From Lama glama (Eukaryota): 64,000 nucleotides of DNA. How positions within the stretch are numbered: position 1 is the first letter of the stretch; each line of letters starts with the position of its first letter. The notes beneath the pieces were generated by a model. It saw nothing but the letters and a program-made list of their open reading frames with translations. It made no database searches and was not told the DNA's origin. Made by a program: the position numbers and the translations under genes. This document shows, piece by piece, positions 50,443-63,500 of the stretch. The stretch is from positions 63,304,001-63,368,000 of the forward strand of contig CM052817.1 in assembly GCA_028534125.1 (NCBI GenBank). Reading direction: 5' to 3'.

Positions 50443-53400
50443 GATGGGAATACAATCGTAGTTGGAGATTTTAACACCTCATTAACATCACTAGACAGAT
50501 CTTCCAGACAGAAAATAAATAGGGCAACAGAGAAATTAAATAATACAATAGAAAAATTAGATTTGGTGGATATTTTCAGAGCATTACACCCCCCCCCCAA
50601 ATAGAATATACATTCTTTTCAAGTGCACATGGAACATTTTCTGGGATTGATCATGTACTTGGGCCCAAAAGAAACCTCAACAATTTTAAGAAGATAGAAA
50701 TTATCTCAAGCATCTTTACTGACCACAATGCCATGAAACTAGAAATCAGCAACAGAGAAACAGAGGAAAAAAAGGAAAGCATGGGGATTAAACAATATGC
50801 TATTAAAAAAAACCATTAGGTCAGTGAGGAAATCAAAGCTGAAATTAAAAAATACCTTGAGACAAATAAAAATGAAAGCACAAAAACCACACAAAATTTA
50901 TGGGACACAGCAAAGGCAGTGCTAAGAGGGAAGTTTATAGCAATACAGGCCTTCATCAAAAAAGAAGAACAATCTCAAATAAACAATTTAACCCACCAGC
51001 AAAAAGAACAAAAAAACCCCAAAAGGCAGCAGAAGGAAGGAAATTATACAGATCAGGGAGGAAATAAATAAAATAGAGATTTAAAAAAACATAGAAAAAA
51101 TCAATCAAACCAAAAGCTGGTTTTTTGAGAAAGTAAATAAAATCAACAAACTTCTGGCCAAACTCACAAAGAAGAAAAAAGAGAGGTCATAAATTAGCAA
51201 AATAAGAAAGGAAAATGGAGAAATTACAACAAATAAAATAGAAATACAGAATATCATATGAGAATATTATGAAAAACTATATGGAACCAAACTGGATAAC
51301 CTAGAGGAGAAGGACAAGTTTCTGGAAACATACAGTCCACCAAGACTGAATCAAGAAGAAACTGACCACTTGAACAATCCAATCACTAGAAAGGAAATAG
51401 AAATAGCAATTAAAAACCTCCCTACAAATAAAAGTCCAGGACCGGACAGCTTCACCGGGGAATTCTACCAAACATACAAAGAACTCATACCAGTCCTTCT
51501 CAAACTCTTCCAGACGATTGAAAAGGAGGGAATACTCCCAAACTCATTCTATGAAGCCACCATCACCCTGACACCAAAACCAGGCAAAGACACTAGAAAA
51601 AAAGAGAATTATAGGCCAATATCACTGATGAACATAGATGCCAAAATCCTCATCAAAATATTAGCAAATAGAGTCCAAAACCACATAAAAAAGATTATAC
51701 ATCATGACCAAGTAGGGTTTATCCCAGGGACACAAGGGTGGTTCAACATATGCAAATCAGTCAGTGTAATACATCACATCAACAAGAGAAAAGACAAAAA
51801 CCATATATGATCATCTCAATAGGCAGAACAATCATTTGATAAGATTCAACACCCATTTATGATAAAAACTCTCACCAAAGTGCGTATGGAGGGAACATAT
51901 CTCAACATAATAAAAGCATATATGACAAACCTACAGCCAGCATAGTACTCAATGGTGAAAAACTCAAAAGCTTCCCACTAAAATCTGGGACAAGACAGGG
52001 ATGCCCACTATCACCACTCCTATTCAACATAGTCCTGGAAGTCCTAGCCACAGCAATCAGGGAAGAGAGAAATAAAAGGGATCCAAATTGGAAAAGAAAA
52101 GGTAAAAGTGTCACTATATGCCGACGACATGTTACTATATATAGAAAGCCCTAAAAGGTCCACACAAAAACCACTAGAGCTGAACGAAGAATTCAGCGAG
52201 GTAGCAGGTAAGAAGATTAACGTTCAAAAATCAGTTGCATTTCTTTACACTAACAATGAATCAACAGAAAAAGAAAGTAAAGAAACAACCCCTTTAAAAT
52301 AGCACCCAAAGTAATAAAATACATAGGAACAAATCTAACTAAGGAGGTGAAAGAATTATACACAGAAAACTATAAATCATTGATGAAGGAAATTAAAGAA
52401 GACTTTAAAAAATGGAAAGACATCCCATGCTCCTGGATTGGAAGAATCAATATTGTTAAAATGGTCACACTGCCCAAGGCAATCTACAGATNNNNNNNNN
52501 NNNNNNNNNNNNNNNNNNNNNNNNNNNNNNNNNNNNNNNNNNNNNNNNNNNNNNNNNNNNNNNNNNNNNNNNNNNNNNNNNNNNNNNNNNNNNNNNNNNN
52601 NNNNNNNNNNNNNNNNNNNNNNNNNNNNNNNNNNNNNNNNNNNNNNNNNNNNNNNNNNNNNNNNNNNNNNNNNNNNNNNNNNNNNNNNNNNNNNNNNNNN
52701 NNNNNNNNNNNNNNNNNNNNNNNNNNNNNNNNNNNNNNNNNNNNNNNNNNNNNNNNNNNNNNNNNNNNNNNNNNNNNNNNNNNNNNNNNNNNNNNNNNNN
52801 NNNNNNNNNNNNNNNNNNNNNNNNNNNNNNNNNNNNNNNNNNNNNNNNNNNNNNNNNNNNNNNNNNNNNNNNNNNNNNNNNNNNNNNNNNNNNNNNNNNN
52901 NNNNNNNNNNNNNNNNNNNNNNNNNNNNNNNNNNNNNNNNNNNNNNNNNNNNNNNNNNNNNNNNNNNNNNNNNNNNNNNNNNNNNNNNNNNACCAATGGA
53001 ACAGAATAGAGAGCCCAGAAATGAACCCACAAACTTTTGGTCAACTAATCTTTGACAAAGGAGGCAAGAATATACAATGGAATAAAGACAGTCTCTTCAG
53101 CAAATGGTGTTGGGAAAACTGGACAGCAGCATGTAAAACAATGAAGCTAGAACACTCCCTTACACCATACACAAAAATAAACTCAAAATGGATCAAAGAC
53201 TTAAACATAAGACAAGATACAATAAACCTTCTAGAAGAAAATATAGGCAAAACATTATCTGACATACATCTCAAAAATGTTCTCCTAGAACAGTCTACTC
53301 AAGGAATAGAAAAAAAGCAAGAATAAACCAATGGGACCTAGTGAAATTTACAAGCTTCTGCACAGCAAAGGAAACCATAAGTAAAACAAAAAGCCAACCT

Positions 53401-54430
53401 ACGGAATGGGAAAAAAATTTTGCAAATGAAACCAACAAAGGGTTGATCTCCAGAATATATAAGCAGCTCATATGACTTAATAAGAAACAACCAAATAACC
53501 CAAGCCAAAAATGGGCAGAAGACCTAAACAAGCAATTCTCCAAGGAAGACATAAAAGTGATCAATAGACACATGAAAAAATGCTCAATATCACTAATTAT
53601 CAGAGAAATGCAAATCAAAACTACAATGAGGTATCACCTCACACCAGTCAGAATGGCCATCATTCAAAAATCCACAAATGACAAATGCTGGAGAGGCTGT
53701 AGAGAAAGGGGAACCCTCCTACATTGCTGGTGGGAATGCAGTTTGGTGCAGCCACTGTGGAAAACAGTATGGAGATTCCACAAAAGACTAGGAATAGACC
53801 TACCATATGACCTAGGAATCCCGCTCCTGGGCATATATTCAGAAGGAATCCTACTTCAGGATGACACCTGCACCCCAATGTTCATAGCAGCACTATTTGC
53901 AATAGCCAAGACATGGAAACTGCCTAACTGTCCATCAACAGAAGACTGGATAAAGAAGAAGTGGTATATTTATACAATGAAATACTGTTCAGTCATAAAA
54001 ACTGACATGACGCTATTTGCAGCAACATGGATGCTCCTGGAGAATGTCATTCCAAGTGAAGTAAGCCAGAAAGAGAAAGAAAAATACCATATGAGATTGC
54101 TCATATGTGGAATCTATAAAACAAACAAACAAACAAACAAAGCATAAATACAAAACAGAAATAGACTCATAGACATAGAATACAAACTTGTGGTTGCCAA
54201 GGAGGTGGAGGGTGGGAAAGGATAGACTGGGATTTCAGAATTGTAGAATAGATAAACAAGATCATGCTGTATAGCACAGGGAAATATATACAAGATCTTA
54301 TGGTAGCTCATGGAGAAAGAAATGTGACAATGAATATATATATGTTCATGTATGACTGAAAAATTGGGCTCTACACTGGAATTTGACACAACATTGTAAA
54401 ATGATTATAAATCAATAAAAAATGTTAAAA
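50443..54430 (+). mobile_element. 5'-truncated young LINE-1: most of ORF2 (EN C-half, RT, Cys-rich end; stops and frameshifts) plus 3' UTR and A-tail
   Basis: Starts in the endonuclease motif 'atcgtagttggagattttaacacc' (IVGDFNT); ORF 51370-51810 [16 protein letters not shown]...[16 protein letters not shown]...[14 protein letters not shown] at 52117-52128; CWRGC..HCWWEC in ORF 53557-54147; AATAAA and tail; perfect 14-bp TSD aaaaattgagttca at 50429-50442 and 54431-54444. Confidence 0.98.
52492..52991. other. Assembly gap (500 N)
   Basis: Run of N inside L1 ORF2. Confidence 1.
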
Positions 54431-54937
54431 AAAAATTGAGTTCACAGAGTGTATAGACTTGTGTACTACTTTTTGTGCTTAGCAGTACTGTATATTGTGA
54501 GAATTTTCCCATGATATTGGAAACATGATTTTTATTGGCAGTCCAGGGCTGAGCATGCAGAATGTAGTACTTCAACAGATAGTCCAGCTGAGAATAATCA
54601 GATCAACTAGTTATTTCAAAACCAATGAGCTCATGATTAATAGCTAATTGTTAAATTCTGCCTAAGGTATGAACTACTTATATGAATTGATAAATCTTCA
54701 TTTCTAACCCTCTGAATAAAATTAATTCAATTAACTTATCACTTATTAAAATGTTTTCCATATGAAGAATAAGATATCGCATTAGATCATTGTTATAGAA
54801 AAAAATACCTTTTATGTGACCTTTTTCTGCACTGTATTTCATTTTAAAATATTGGAAGTTTAAAATGGCTAAAATAGCTTTTCTACTCCTTTGTAAAGAT
54901 GTAGTTGAGTTCAGCAATCATATCTTTGCATCTATCG

Positions 54938-55380
54938 CATTCATTTATTCAACAAATTTTTATTACCAGAGACTACACTAGGTGATGCTAATACTGCAGA
55001 AAACTAAAGAGAAAAGAATTTGGCAATCATGGAGCTTGCATTCTAATAAGGGAAGAAAGTAAAGAAATTAGAGAAGAGAGAGTTATGTACTAGACAGCTT
55101 TGTGGGAGGGTTGAGACTACTCTCAGCAGAGTCCTCCCTGAGAAAGACATTGAAGTTGAGACTGAACAATGACAGTGTGAAGAGACGTGGGGAAAGTATT
55201 CAGTCAGAAGAAAGAGCACATGTGAGGTCCTAAGACAGAAAAGGTGCTGGTTTCTTCGGGAAACAGAGAAGAGGTCAGTTGCTGGGGACACTGAGTGAGG
55301 TAAAAAAGGTATTGACATGGTGTTGGAGAGTGGACAGAGCCAGATTTGTGCAGGAACTTATAGGTCATGGTAAGTATTGA
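54938..55380 (-). mobile_element. L2 LINE 3' part
   Basis: 'cattcatttattcaacaaatttttatt...catggagcttgcattctaataaggga...ctccctgagaaagacattgaagttgagactgaacaatga...gtgcaggaacttataggtcatggtaag'. Confidence 0.8.
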
Positions 55381-55789
55381 GGAGGTGGGAGTTGAGGATA
55401 CCACAAGAGTCTTGTTCCTCGTAGTTCCACAGAAACATGAAAATTTTCATTTTTCAGAAGGGAAACAAAATATGAGGACTCTTCTCCCTTTACCTAAGAA
55501 AAGAAATAGAGTATGTGTGGCTCAGCTCCATCATGCATCCTTATTTTGGTGAAAGGATTCTCAGGATGGGTGAAATTCTCTCCACACCCTGTTCCCCATG
55601 AGGAGAGCCAGGGACAGACAGATCTGTATGTCTGCTTCTTTCTGTGAAGCAGTGATTCTTGATATTCTTGTCTCTGCAAACACAAACATGCCCTTGAGTG
55701 GATGACCCAATGTCTAGCTGGGTGATAAATACATTTGTTTTTGCCGTGTTATTTGCAAAATACAGTAACAGACGTTTAGCGAGACTTCC

Positions 55790-56000
55790 CTACTGCTGAA
55801 ACAGCTGAACTCATTCAGTCCTCGCAATAATCCTACAGGGTGAGTGTGATTATTTTTTCTATTTTATAGATAGGGAAATTGGATACAGTTTCCTTACAAA
55901 GCTAACCTAATGTCAGGTACACAGCTAATAAGGGGCAGAGCTGGGATTTGAACCCAAGTTTTCTGGCTCCAGAGTTTAATGCTCTTAGTCACATGCTTTT
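55790..56000 (-). mobile_element. MIR SINE
   Basis: 'ctattttatagatagggaaattgg...acacagctaataaggggcagagctgggatttgaacccaagttttctggctccagag'. Confidence 0.8.
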
Positions 56001-56084
56001 CTACCGTGCTGTATGTGCATAATATTGCTACCTCTTGGCATTCTCACCCTTCCCCTTGAGTACAGAAGAGACTCACTACTTGTC

Positions 56085-56390
56085 GCTAAACAGCAGAATA
56101 GGCAAAAGGCTGGAAAGTCACTATTAAGACTGTAGTTTCTGTCTTGCTAGTGGACTTTATTGACTCTCTCCCTTGCTGGTTTTGATGAAGTAAGCCAGTC
56201 TTTGAAAAGGCCCACATAATAAGGAACTGCGAATGGCCTCTGGCCAGAAATCAGCAAGGGCCTGAGGCCACGGCCTGACAATCAAAAAGAATTGAATCCT
56301 GCCAACCACCTTTTGAACCTGAAAGTGGATCCTTTCCTATTTGAGTTTTAGATGAATCCTTTGCGCTGGTCATCACCTTGATTTCAGCCT
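56085..56390 (+). mobile_element. MaLR LTR fragment (MLT1E/F-like)
   Basis: 'tgctggttttgatgaagtaagc...aaggaactgcgaatggcctctggccagaaatcagcaaggg...gaattgaatcctgccaaccacc...caccttgatttcagcct'. Confidence 0.75.
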
Positions 56391-59300
56391 ACTTTTTACA
56401 TAGTTTCATAATCTGTAATACTTTGTGCTCTTACTTGTGTGTTGTCCTCCCCAATAGGTCATAAGCATCTAAAAATAAAAAGAGAGTTTTTGCATCCTGA
56501 GCCACTAGAAACGGTGCCTTAAATCTTCATTTGAGGATTAATGTTAAAATAATGAATATATGTTCTGATATGTTATTCCATTTTCATGGTTTTATTATAT
56601 ATTTGATTTTTATTTATTCAAAAAGTCATGAGGTGATCATAATATACATAAATGTAAGAATAACCATATTTGACATATTATTCACTGTGATTTTTTTTTC
56701 TTAGATATTCCCCCTTTTACTTTGCTTTATTTCACATATCAAGTTGCTAGGCCTTTTGCTTCTCAGTATTTCATGGGAAAATGAGAGAAGACAGAAAAGA
56801 GACTTGTCCTGCCTATTGTCTTCCAAGAGACTAGTTCTCTCAATAAATGGAGAGATACTATGTATACAATAAATATTTAAGGGGAGTAGATTGAAGAGAG
56901 GAATCTCCACACTCACACAAATAGAAAATTTTCCTTTGTAAAAGAAGCTAGTGAGAGAGGAGACATGATGAGGACAGGATACTGAAATGGGTAGTTCCCT
57001 CCTAGACAAAGAGATTCTGAGCCTTACTTCCCAGACAGCATCATGGAAGTTGGGGGTTGGAGGTGGGGGAGGCAAGCCCTTAGACCACCTTCCAGGGAAA
57101 TATGTGCCTTAAATTTGCATGATTATAGCAATATGTAGCAACATGATTCTGGTGCCTATGAATATGGCATGGAAGTACAGGAAATAGAGGAAGAAGAAAC
57201 AGGGATATTAGATGCCTAAATGGCAATGTACATGGATTGGTAAATGGGTCCAGATAAAGCACTGGATCTCACCCACATAGGAGGAGGACATTGAGGACCT
57301 AATGAGTTCCTCCGATGCCTTGTCCTATGTAGGATTTCTCAAATTTTAACATTATTTTAGGAAAATAAGAAGGGTTGGATATATCATAAATTAAATTATG
57401 TTTCTACCATATTGAAAGAAATTTAATTGAGTTATAGAAAATAAGCAAGTTTATAAAACAGGTATTTGTACCTGCTACATAAATTTGGAGAGTCTGTTCC
57501 CAGCCAACTAACTGATTTATTTATAGTTAATTATTTTTCCAGGTATTTTAATAACAATACCCTTCATCAAATGCTACATCATTCACTCGGGTGATTGAGT
57601 TTGCCATTCATTCACTGTGACTGACAGATTTTCAATCAAGTAACTTTTGCCAATTAAATATAAATGTATATGCCTCACTGCCTGTAAGGGACTGTTATGT
57701 TTACTGGTACTCAACTTCAGTTAATTCTTGAGTTGATTTCAAATTCATCATATTTTAAGGAATTCAATGTGTGAGATTTTACAAGAAAAATCTTTAGAAA
57801 GTTTCACCACCCTCTCTCGTTGAACTAAGAATGACTGATTAACACTTTTCACAAGGAACTTACTGCTTTATATCTTATGTTATAAAAAGATCTGTGTGAT
57901 TTTTCTTGTCTTCTGTTCTGCCCTACAAGCCCCTGGAGGGTCTATTTGTTTTTGTGTGTTAAACAGTTTTGTATCTTTTATGGATTATAGTAGGCTTATT
58001 TAAAGGTGGATGTACTTGATAATTATTTATTGAGTAAATGAAAAAAGAGCAAGTTACAATTATATTCTGTGATGCCAAAGTCACAAATGCATATTAGAAC
58101 CAAAATGCATTATGATAGAAAGGACATATGTCTATAGTCAAGGAAAATATTAATATAAAAACTGATTCTTTCTTAAATAATATTTCAAATATAGGCATTT
58201 TTAATAACAAAATGTTCAGAAAAGTTATAGTTCTCTTGAAAGTGACCTGTGTGCTATGTATAATATTTAAGGATGTTTGTGGGGCATTTTACATATCCCT
58301 TTGGAAAAAATTTTCAACTAGATATCCATGCAGTGAGCTAGATTATCTTCCCTGAGGGATATTTTCTCTTGGGGTACATGGGAGACTGAGTAATGTTCTC
58401 TTGAAGATTGTTTTATATCATGAGATGAGGCACTGCATTTGGTACCAGCTGCAATCTCCACATGGTTTTCTCCTCTTGTTTCAGAAAAACGCATTGAAAT
58501 AGACACATCTGAACATGATAAATGCAGGGATCACTGTAGCAGAGCCTGTGCCCTGTAGGAAAGGATGCAGACAGTCAGTCAGATGGAGGGTTTAAAAGGG
58601 CATCCTGGCCTCCTAAGCAATCTGAAAACCATCAAAAGTGATAAATCTAGTGATATTCCCAGGTCATGTTCCAACTTCACAGTTTGAGTATAACCAAAGT
58701 TCAATCTGTGATCCAATTTCTCTCTTATATACTATCAAAGTATGGTTTCCTTCTTGACAATATCACTTTTTGTTACCTGGGGTTCTACTCATCCACTCAT
58801 ACCAAACTCGTTCTTTTATTATTCATAGCCCAAAAGGAAACTGTATTTATGTTGTATATAAGCTAAATGTTCAACATTTTCTTGTTACAGTTCTGTTCAA
58901 TATTTATCATTCAGATGTGCATGTGCACTCTGCCAGTCCTATGTATTAACAGTGTCTGCCTTGAATTATTTCTACCAGATGTCCCAACTGAATTGCTGAA
59001 ACATGACAAATGATAAATATTATCTATTTTGTATCATTAATACCTAGCAACAGTTTGCTAGCTCCTAAAAAATTAGTTTATTGACTCTTTTCATATTTTT
59101 TCAGTATCTGCTCTGTCCTGGGCACTATGATAGGCACTAGAAATACATTTGAGTGGGTTGCACTGAAAAGCCCTAAGTGGAAAAGTACTCACTAATGACT
59201 CAGAATGAAGACATCATAGTGATGGTGATGAGGGCCTTTGAGTTAAATGACAGAAAGTTAGGGATGCCTGACTGACCTCTCCGCACACTCCCACCGAAAC

Positions 59301-61612
59301 ACAACACAAAATAATAGCACTGGAACTATTCTTTTTAATCTGGCAAAATCTGACAAATATTAATAGAATGTTCACTAATCAAAGTTCTAAAGAAGCCTTG
59401 AGCAAAACAGCAAGTGCACACAAAGAACAACTGCAATACATTTCTGTTCACTCACCAGTATTGCCATCACTCACCCCCCAACAGATCCAGACTTTGTTGT
59501 GGCCACGGGGAAGTGTCACCCCCTTATAACGCTAGACCTAGTTTATAGAGCATTCAAAGCTGTTTTAACCTTTCTCCCTACCCAACACCTCTCTTTATAC
59601 AATAAATCTTTCCTATTTCAATTTCTAGAAACTTGTTTTATCTGAAGAAGGAAAAAAGGTGTATGTTAGTGCTATATGTCTGGCAATAGCTGTCAGGGAC
59701 TTCGCCTTGCTGAGGCATAGGAACAATACAATCTGGCCATTGTAGCTTACCACTTATTATTCTGAGAAGAAAAGCTCTATACAGTCTTTTGGATTGTTCA
59801 TAAATAGGAATTTCCGTACAAAATTAGCAGTTCCTATTGCTGCTTCTTTATAAATATTATAAACATTGAGGCAAATAAAAGAAAATCTTGAGAATTGCAG
59901 GTCAAAATTTCAATGGCTGCTGTCTCTTTTTCATCTTGGTGTTTTGTTCTTCAAATTTTCTAAAAGAAATCTTTATTCTTCTTGCAGTCTTGAAAAACAA
60001 AATGCTCTCCAAAACAATGCTGGAAACCATTTTAAACTAGGTCAGTCTTATGTTTTCAACAGATACTAGGACAGCTGGGATCTTGCTCTATTGGATTTCA
60101 TTCAAAGATGATGTAGAATTTTGTGTTCTACACAGGAATTGCCATATGAGTCAACAGACTTTGTGACCTTGGTCAAACTTTAACTAGATAAGCTGGCTAC
60201 ACCAAGTGCTTGAAATATCTACTTCTGAGGAAACTTAGAGTGAAATAGGAATTAAACCAAAGAATTTACCAGACCACTGTAACTATTAGAGCAATCCTCA
60301 GAAAGGTGAGAGTACATTTTTCAAAATCTCTTTTCTACCAAGAACTATAGGAAATAGAATACCTTTTGATAATGTTATCATTGTTATACTGTGACAAATA
60401 TAATTTCAGATTTTAATTCAAGGTTTATGTGAAATAGGAAAAATACACTGAGGTATTTAGGTGACTTAGTATAAGGGCCAAATGGATTTATGTTTCCCTT
60501 GTAAGCAACAATAGCAGAGTAAAAAACGATGAAGACAACAATAATAATAACAACGCTAATAATGATAAGTGAGAATACTAACACAAAACTTTGGATGATT
60601 AGTTAAAAAACGACCTCATTTTTTAAAATTTCAAAATTGTCCCAGCATATTGTTTTTGGCGATGTTATAAATAGTCTGAGAGTACTCAACTTTTCTACTA
60701 ATTTTTTATTAACTGACATTTCATAGTAGATTGTATATAATTGGCAAGATACCCTACCTCCTTATCACTTGCTTCAGATGTATCCTTTTCTTTCTGGGTG
60801 GAATAAACTACCTCATTCACTATGAATCTTGGGGTACTCAGTTCTTGGAAATTAAAAACCAGCCCATATCAGAAAGTGTGGTGAAGCAAGCCCTTGCCAT
60901 GGAGGGGGAAAAAAATTAAATTCTGTCAGTGTTCAATGGGTCTGTCAATGGACTGCATCTCTTTTCCTGGAACAAAAAAAGATATAACCAAATACTATTA
61001 ATTTACTCCTAGAGACTGAATGAACAAAATCACTGGACTGCAAAACCCTATTGTTTTTGCAAGTCTTACTGACACCTGGTGGCTGAATCTCAAAAGACTT
61101 CACGATAACCAAAGATGAACTGTTTCTGCAATAAAACTTAATCCAGGATTTGCAACACACTTGACACTGAGGAAATGCTAAACACTTAACTCTAGTCTAA
61201 GCAGAGTAAGAAATTCAGTCATAGCAAAACCTTGCAATTTATTCATGTTCAAAGACACTCATGGGTATTCATTTTCAAGTTTTCACCCCCGTTTTCAAGA
61301 ACTCAATTCCTTTGCTGTAAGTTTCTGTGTGAAGAAAATCTGAGAGTTTGGAAGTTGAAGCAGAATCACCAAGAGGTCTTACTGATAGTAAATCGATTTT
61401 AGCTGATTTTTCTCTACAAACAAATGCACTAATAGAAGTACCAACATTTTTAAAAAAATCAGTATTATGTGGTAGGTTCCATTTTGTGTTCAAGTTATTT
61501 CCTTTCTTCAGATAATAAATGGCATAAAAAGCATATAAATTCGCAACTCAGAGAAACTCTACACATTGAATTATTGAGAGACTCAGGCTTTCCCATGGTT
61601 ATAATTTTAAAT

Positions 61613-61740
61613 CAGTGGTTCTCATACTTTAGAGTACTGAAGAATCCTGGTATTCTTATTTTTTAAATGCACATCAATAGGATGCAACCCTGGAGCATCT
61701 GGTTCAGATTCAGTAGATCTTGGGTGGAGATTCCAGATAC
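61613..61740. mobile_element. MER5-like hAT MITE fragment
   Basis: 'cagtggttctcatactttagagtactgaagaatcctgg...ttcagattcagtagatcttgggtggag'. Confidence 0.6.
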
Positions 61741-61879
61741 GACCTTTTATCGTAACTTTGGACTTGTTTTTACAAATCTCTTTGGAATCTATCTTCCAGC
61801 TGTTAATTTCTTTTGGTCCCTGTCTGATTCTCAGTATTCTGATTGTCATCATAATCCCTCACTTGCCTGTCTCTCACCT

Positions 61880-62330
61880 AGCATACATTTTTACTTCTTC
61901 CAATAACATCATCCTGATTTTCCCTCAGTGAACTACTTCTGTAACCTCAGTCATGTTGAGCCAGTGTGATTCAGAAAAGCCTAACCCCATGCCTATTGAG
62001 GTCTGGGCATGTGAGCCAGGACAAAGAGGGTATTCCATTTTCCAGATCATGGTGATTGGTTCAAGGATGGGTAGATGACCTGGATTTAAAGGAGGCTTTA
62101 TTATGGAAATTACTGAGAAAGAAGCACTATCTCATTGGGGTCACTTGGCTGGTAGAATATGATCTTGGAGATGCTGTTGGCAATCTGTGTCACTTCATAT
62201 GAAAAATAAAATCACACACATAAAAACAGAGACAGGAGATGATGAACCATAGCTTTTCTGCAGTCATTATTTGAGCAGGTGGATTCAGTGTGTCTGAAGC
62301 TAGATAGGCCTCTACCTTTCCTGTGTGTGT
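61880..62330 (+). mobile_element. Old MaLR LTR (MLT1K-like)
   Basis: 'gggcatgtgagccagg...ggtgattggttcaaggatgggtagatgacc...ggagatgctgttggcaatct...ggattcagtgtgtctgaagctaga'. Confidence 0.55.
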
Positions 62331-62621
62331 TTCTTTGGTGTGTTTCTGTTATTTACAATAACAGATTCTGTAGTTGCCATTTCATGGCATGTGGGTTACC
62401 TTACATTTTAAGCTCCTGTGCTTTTCCTTCCCCATTTTCTGGACTTACCAGCCTCAGGTAAAATTGATGACCCTGTACCCAACTTATGATCTAGTTGTTG
62501 GATCCTCCAAAAGAAAAAATAAATGTCTGCCATGGCTGTAATTTTATCACAGCCTTAACCTCCTCAGTATATTCAGAATAATGTAAAAACTTCATGATTT
62601 AACTCCAACCTTAATTCAGAT

Positions 62622-63106
62622 TGTTACCAACCTGTGTTCTTGGACTCTTTAATCAATAGAAATTGATAAGAGGCCAGAGGAAGAATCCAGGCAAGTGTTT
62701 GTTGGGATTTGTGCTTCAACATGAGGGAGCAAGAACAAGTAAGGGGTACCTTTTGCTCTCTATCCGAGGGGAGGATGATCTGGTTCTTTAAATGGGATGA
62801 GGGTGAGGGTGGATTGGCATATCAGGCTGGAGGGGTGGCTTAGGAGGTGGGCCCACCTCCTTGGTGGTGCTGTGTGCAGGGGTCAAGCATGGTACCCTGC
62901 TTTTGCTCCAGGCACCTCAGAAGTGGCAATTGGGTTTTGGCCTTTTTGTGTCTTGTTTTTCATAATTTGTCCCCAGCTGCTCATGCATGCAGTTATTTTT
63001 AGTCTCTTGTAGTTTCTTTGTATTCTGTTGCTCAAAGAGGAAGACATTTGTCTAGGTGCAAGCACTACAATAAGGAGCCCCAGGTCCCAGATTCCATCCT
63101 GTCTCA
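62622..63106 (-). mobile_element. ERV1-type solo LTR (~485 bp)
   Basis: Minus strand runs TGAGACAGG...ccaagaacacaggttggTAACA; GC-richer than its flanks; 4-bp flanks agat and atat; TATA-like tttaaaga near 62790. Confidence 0.8.
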
Positions 63107-63254
63107 ATATCACTACTCTCGTTGCTCAAATACCCTCCAGCCACCTGGAATTTTTTCACAGGCTCTTCCTTCATCTAAGTTGATTGTTACTATTTTTAAT
63201 GAATTATTCATTCTACCTAAAAGTCAAAACCTCTTTTTCTCCAGATGAATAACT

Positions 63255-63500
63255 CCTAGTCACTCTTCAGACTGCAGCTTAAATGCCATTTTAAGCAAAA
63301 ACTTCTATAACTACATCCCCTAAAGTTCTTCCTGTTACTGTATGTCATTGCATCCTGTTCTTTTCCTTCATTGCATTTTTCACAGATTTCAACTGTGGAT
63401 TTATCCTTGTTTGTTTAATGTCATTCTCAGACAACTAAAACTATATGTGTTTTTTTGAATCTAGCAACAGGTACTCAAAAATGGTATGTTGAACAAATTA
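63255..63500 (+). mobile_element. L2 3'-end fragment
   Basis: 'cttcagactgcagcttaaatgccatt...ttcattgcatttttcaca...caggtactcaaaaatggtatgttgaac'. Confidence 0.55.

Noticed and set aside
52347..53055. Long ORFs of 186-220 aa on both strands
   Set aside because: They run through the second N gap; the real residues are L1 ORF2 fragments.
51370..54147. Reverse transcriptase ORFs as a possible retron, DGR or domesticated RT gene
   Set aside because: Ordinary L1 ORF2 pieces with stops and frameshifts, a 3' UTR, A-tail and TSD; no accessory genes or template repeats.
58485..58580. Strong plus-strand acceptor 'ttttctcctcttgtttcag'
   Set aside because: Frames hit stops quickly and there is no good donor nearby; isolated acceptors are common by chance.
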